Assembly: GCA_004764695.1 (NCBI GenBank)
Contig: SMSO01000034.1
Span: forward strand, 2,480,001 to 2,544,000
Source: Schizochytrium sp. TIO01
Taxonomy: Eukaryota > Protista > Bigyra: Labyrinthulomycetes
Direction: 5' to 3'
Length of the DNA: 64,000 nucleotides
A program made the translations under genes and the position numbers. Under the pieces are notes generated by a model, which was not told the DNA's origin, did no database searches, and was given only the letters and a program-made list of their open reading frames with translations. Position 1 is the stretch's first letter. Every line of letters starts with the position of its first letter. Shown in pieces: positions 59,906-64,000 of the stretch.

Positions 59906-61220
59906 AGGATCTTGTACTTCTGGCGACAATCAGGATTGTTCCGACAAGAAGTTTCAACAATGTGATAATATGAAGACTAGATAAAGCTACACAAATTAAG
60001 AACTATTTTGCCATGATTTTCATACTGCTATGGGCAATTTTGATGGCTTCAATAGCTTTTAGCTTTGAAAGTCCAGGCTCTTGTGGCGACTTAATGTAAA
60101 ACTCACAAAATAGTGGAACAAGGGTAAGACAAGCAAGCTCTGTCGTGCTTTTTCCAAGAGCCAACCTCATAGAGGGTGCCTAACAATGAAAGTGGTGCTC
60201 ATTGAGACGTCGAACTTCATGTGTTGGTCATAGACTCTAAAGCGAAAGTGAATCTGATGGATATTGGTTTGGGTCATTTTTTATTAAATCGAAAGTTTGT
60301 TCTGCAGGTTGTGTTCTTACCAGAAACTTTTGCACTCATGAACAACTGCTTGGAAAAGTTTAACTCCTCTCTAGACTCCACTTCAATGTCTACTCTGTTA
60401 TATCTTCGTTACTTTAAATCTTGGTGTTTTAGGCCTGTAGGCCTCTTTTAAAAACCGTCTCTTATTCCCTGTTTGCGCTTGTTCACTATCGCAGAAAAAA
60501 GTATTCAAACTAAAAATTCATAGAGGCAATTTTGCATAACACAGATCAGGCTGGGGGAGACGGCATCGCAGTTGTCCCGGAGGTGGTTAGCAAAGGAACG
60601 ACAGGAAAGCCCTGCCATCCATAAAATGCTGGTCGGGGACGCTCCACTCCCGTGGTTTAGAGACGACCGGAGGCCTTTCTATAACCTTGCTGGTCAGACC
60701 TGGCCGAAGAAGCACACCGTCGCTTTGACTATTTTCTGAGAGCGTAACTCCATTTTTTTACATCTTACACACGCTACAAAAAGAAGAAGAAAAAAAGAAA
60801 AAAAATGCAAATTCTAATATCAAGACCCCAATGAACCATAGTCTATAGAATTGAGTCCATTGTGTAGTTGAATCTATTGTAGAGTTGGATCAATTGTAGA
60901 GTTGGATCTAGTTGGATCCATTGTTGCTCACTATAAAGCCAGCCATCGCTTTAATCCCGTGGTCGAAGCACACCTTCGCCTTGACTCTTTTCTGAGAGCG
61001 GAATTCTATTTTTCACATCATGCCCACTATAGAAAAAAAGGTTTTAAAGAAGGCTTTAAAAGAAAGAAAAAAAAGTGCGGAACTCTAAAATAAGACAGAC
61101 CCCCATGAGCCCTACATATAGTCTCTGTAATTGACCTGTTGGTGCTCTCTGCAAGGTTAACCATCGCTTCAAACCCGCAACCTCTCGAACGTCAAACCAC
61201 TCCAAACGTACGCGTTGGTT
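59902..61220 (+). repeat. Diverged duplication of ~47149-48340
   Basis: gtaaaggatcttgtacttctggcgacaatcagg occurs at 47149 and 59902. The similarity runs to aacctctcgaa...cgtacgcgttg at ~48298-48336 and ~61179-61217. Confidence 0.85.
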
Positions 61221-61381
61221 TGCTTTCCTTTGCTTGCGGGCGAGTGCCGGCAATAGCAGCATTTGCAAGGCGTCGCGTTGAGTTCGTAGCTGATCAGCAG
61301 TACAGGACCAAACCAGACCGAATCACAGCGACCAAGCGATTTGTCTACTGCATCCATCCAAGCTAACGCTGCTGCAAGACG

Positions 61382-63164
61382 ATGGCGATGTATACTGCAG
61401 AGAGAATTCAGGATATCCATCAATATACAGAGATTGTCAGGTAGGTGCGCGATGAAGAGAGGAAGAGATAGAGCAGGCATCGCCTAAACGATCTGTTCTT
61501 GAAAGCAGGTTTTGTGCAATACATGTGTTATATCGGCACTAACGAATTAAAAATTGGTATATACCTCCTCTCCCCCAACAAACACAGAGTTTCTTATCAG
61601 AATGTTGGCCCTAGCGGCGCAGCGGACGCGGCGAGAAGACTTGATGGATGCAAGACCCTGAAAGAATTGTAGTAAGTTTTGATGAATCTACAGAAATCTC
61701 TATGCCCTTTTTAAAGATTGTTTTTTAAAATAACTTTAAATGTTTTAAAAGTTAATGTTAATTTAAAAAACAAAAACAATTAAAACAATTAAAAAGAACA
61801 CGAATAGTAAAAATCTAGGCGAGCCATGACTGACAGACTGCCTGATTTGGATGGCCCTTTTTTTAACAACAAATAACATATTCACAGTTTTCACACGAAC
61901 GGCATTGGCGATGAAGGCGCAAGGTCTCTCGCAGGATCACTCAAGGGATGCAAGAATCTTGAAAAACTGGTGTACGTTTCGGAGTTCCACGGAATTTTAT
62001 AGATACGGTTCCGATGTCTTTCTTGATTTTTTAATCTTTATTAAGGAGCAAACATCGGAGTGTCTGATTGATAGCAAACGAATGACTGACTGATTGATTT
62101 GGATTCTCTCCACGGCAATCGATAATACACTCGCAGCCTTTCTTCCAACGAAATTGGGGATGTAGGTGCCAAGGCCTTCGCAGAGGCGATGGAGGGATAC
62201 AAGAACCTGAAAACACTTAGGTACGTTTTTGCACTCCAAAAGCATATATGATTAAACTGGGTCTGATTGATTGACTGGTCTCTGTTTTTTAATGTCAACG
62301 AATATACATTCACAGTCTTTTTTCTAACAGCATCGGTAGTGAGGGACTTGGGGCCCTCGTTAGAGGACTAGCAGGATGCGAGAGCCTAGAAGATTTGGAG
62401 TACGTTTTTTGAATTCGATTCCTTGTTAATTTCTTTATCAAGTGTTCAGTCTTTGCTATATGCGATCGGAATATTGAAGGTGCAATTCTGAGCATCAAAG
62501 ATTCAGATGAAGACTTCTTTTAAACAAACGGGGATTAATACAAGACTTGCTGTGCTGACTAACCTGATGTTATTTTTTTAAATCGGCAACGACTAATATA
62601 TTCACAGTCTTTCTTCAAACCATATTGACGAAGAGGGTGCCAAGGCTCTCGCGAAAAGACTAGTAGCATGCAAGAACCTGAAAACAATGTAGTACGTTTT
62701 TTTGAATTCGCAGAGAAACATGTTTCCTGTGTTTTTATTTTTTTTGTTAATAGAAGAATAAATACCGTGACTGTGTTTATTTATTTATTTAACAACTGAC
62801 GGACTGACTGACTGCTGATCGACCGACTGATTTGATTTTCTCAACGACAACGAATGATACATTCACAGCCTTTCACGTCTCAATATGGGCGATGAATCCG
62901 TAAAGGAGCTCTCAAAGGGACTGAAGTACTGCAATAACCTAACTGAGTTAAGGTACGTTTTGAAATTCAACATGCAATTAGTTCTTACTTGCTTCTATTT
63001 TGAAAATTTCAAAAAATGATCAAAGAGTGAGTGTCTGACGAACTAGAGTTTCTGAATGTCAACAAACGATATATTGACAGTCTTCACAGTAACAACATTG
63101 GAGATGAGGGCGCAAAATGGCTCGCAAAGGGACTCGCAGAATGTGGGAAACTGGAAAGTTTGAA
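61382..63164 (+). CDS. Second one-exon-per-repeat RI-like LRR gene (5' part; continuation unresolved)
   Basis: Exon 1 is 61382-61440 (MAMYTAER..., phase 2). Seven 84-nt AG/GT-bounded exons start at 61588, 61888, 62137, 62316, 62608, 62869 and 63081, e.g. LSSNEIGDVGAKAFAEAMEGYKNLKTL and LHSNNIGDEGAKWLAKGLAECGKLESL. Confidence 0.88.
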
Positions 63165-63186
63165 GTACGTTTTTTTTACTCTACAG

Positions 63187-64000
63187 GGATGTGCCGTGAC
63201 AGTTCTTGGTTGCAGAGCAACTGACTTTCGGTACGCGACAATTGGTGATCTAACAAATGTCATCATGCCCTCATCCGACCGCGAGACACAAGATGTTTAC
63301 TTGGCGATCACTCTGAAGTACAACAAGGGCCAGATCCAAGACCGCTGGACAGGCGGCGCGAATTTTGTCTACCCTGACATGAATGACCGGTCACGATGCC
63401 CCTTTACTGCCATAGCTGAAGCGCTTACTATTATCCCCCCTGATGCCGAGCTTACCAAAGACTCAGAATTCATTTCGCTGCTTTGGTCGGCTGTTCAAGG
63501 CAAAATGGTGCGTTTGTATGGCAATGAAGGAACCGGCAAACATGGCGATCAATTGAACAAATTGTTTCGCCAAGCAATGGATCAGTTACCTTCCATCAAA
63601 CGACAACGTCTCACCCTTTACTCTATCCGCAAAATGTTTGCAACCACCATGGGCTCCAGGGCCCTTTATGCACAAATGCAGATCTTCGTAGATGCCCGGT
63701 CTGGTCATGCGGATGCGCGCAAGGTTGCCACACATAGCCAAGCTGCGACACACTACACTGGGATAGATGATAACTCCAACAAGTATGTGGGGCGCCTGGC
63801 TGCAAACCGCCACCGTTATGCGCCCCCGGGGGACCCTTGCGCCCAGTTCTTGATAGACAATGCCCGCGAAGAACTGACTGAAATCGTGTGGGATCATTAT
63901 CCAGGCAACCTCATCGAGTTTATGGGCATCGAGCGCCTCCTCCCATTCGCTGCCTACCTGTGTCTCTCCAGACGCGTTGATACTTACTCCATTGATGCAA
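63187..64000 (+). mobile_element. Tyrosine recombinase catalytic domain, Crypton-like, without its own start and open to the window end
   Basis: Manual translation (frame of 63181, no stops): LGCRATDF (Arg-I), LKYNKG (Lys), RCPFTAI, LTLYSIRKMFAT (HxxR box with Y), ARSGH, ATHY (nucleophile Tyr), then KYVGRLAA. Confidence 0.8.

Noticed and set aside
63165-63186. 22-nt GT..AG micro-intron joining the LRR exon to the recombinase
   Set aside because: Much shorter than any other intron here, and its removal shifts frame to a TGA within a few codons.

Overview
Eukaryotic genomic DNA with GT-AG introns, microsatellite-rich intergenic DNA and a GC3-rich housekeeping gene. The style suggests a stramenopile protist such as a thraustochytrid (inference, not verified). 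Left to right: (1) a 21-exon LRR-ROC-COR-TIR gene (1254-10695) whose LRRs are each one 84-nt phase-2/2 exon, most of them in a ~357-bp exon+intron tandem array with homogenised introns and hypervariable exon ends; (2) an intronless pyruvate carboxylase; (3) ~13.5 kb of gene-poor simple-repeat DNA; (4) orphan genes, including a ~1,200-codon frame broken by one TAA that ends in an EVE/PUA-like domain; (5) an apparently intact IS607-type element (serine recombinase overlapping a Fanzor2/TnpB nuclease, with a structured 3' RNA) plus a decayed inverted Fanzor copy; (6) three mosaic REase-like/pseudokinase paralogs interleaved with a PARP-domain gene and a coiled-coil gene; (7) a second one-exon-per-LRR gene whose last visible LRR exon runs in frame into a Crypton-like tyrosine recombinase that the ORF track misses because it has no stop in the window. 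The best candidate for an undescribed system is cassette-type diversification of LRR receptors, possibly linked to a tyrosine recombinase. The cassette architecture is directly visible. The recombinase link is a hypothesis.
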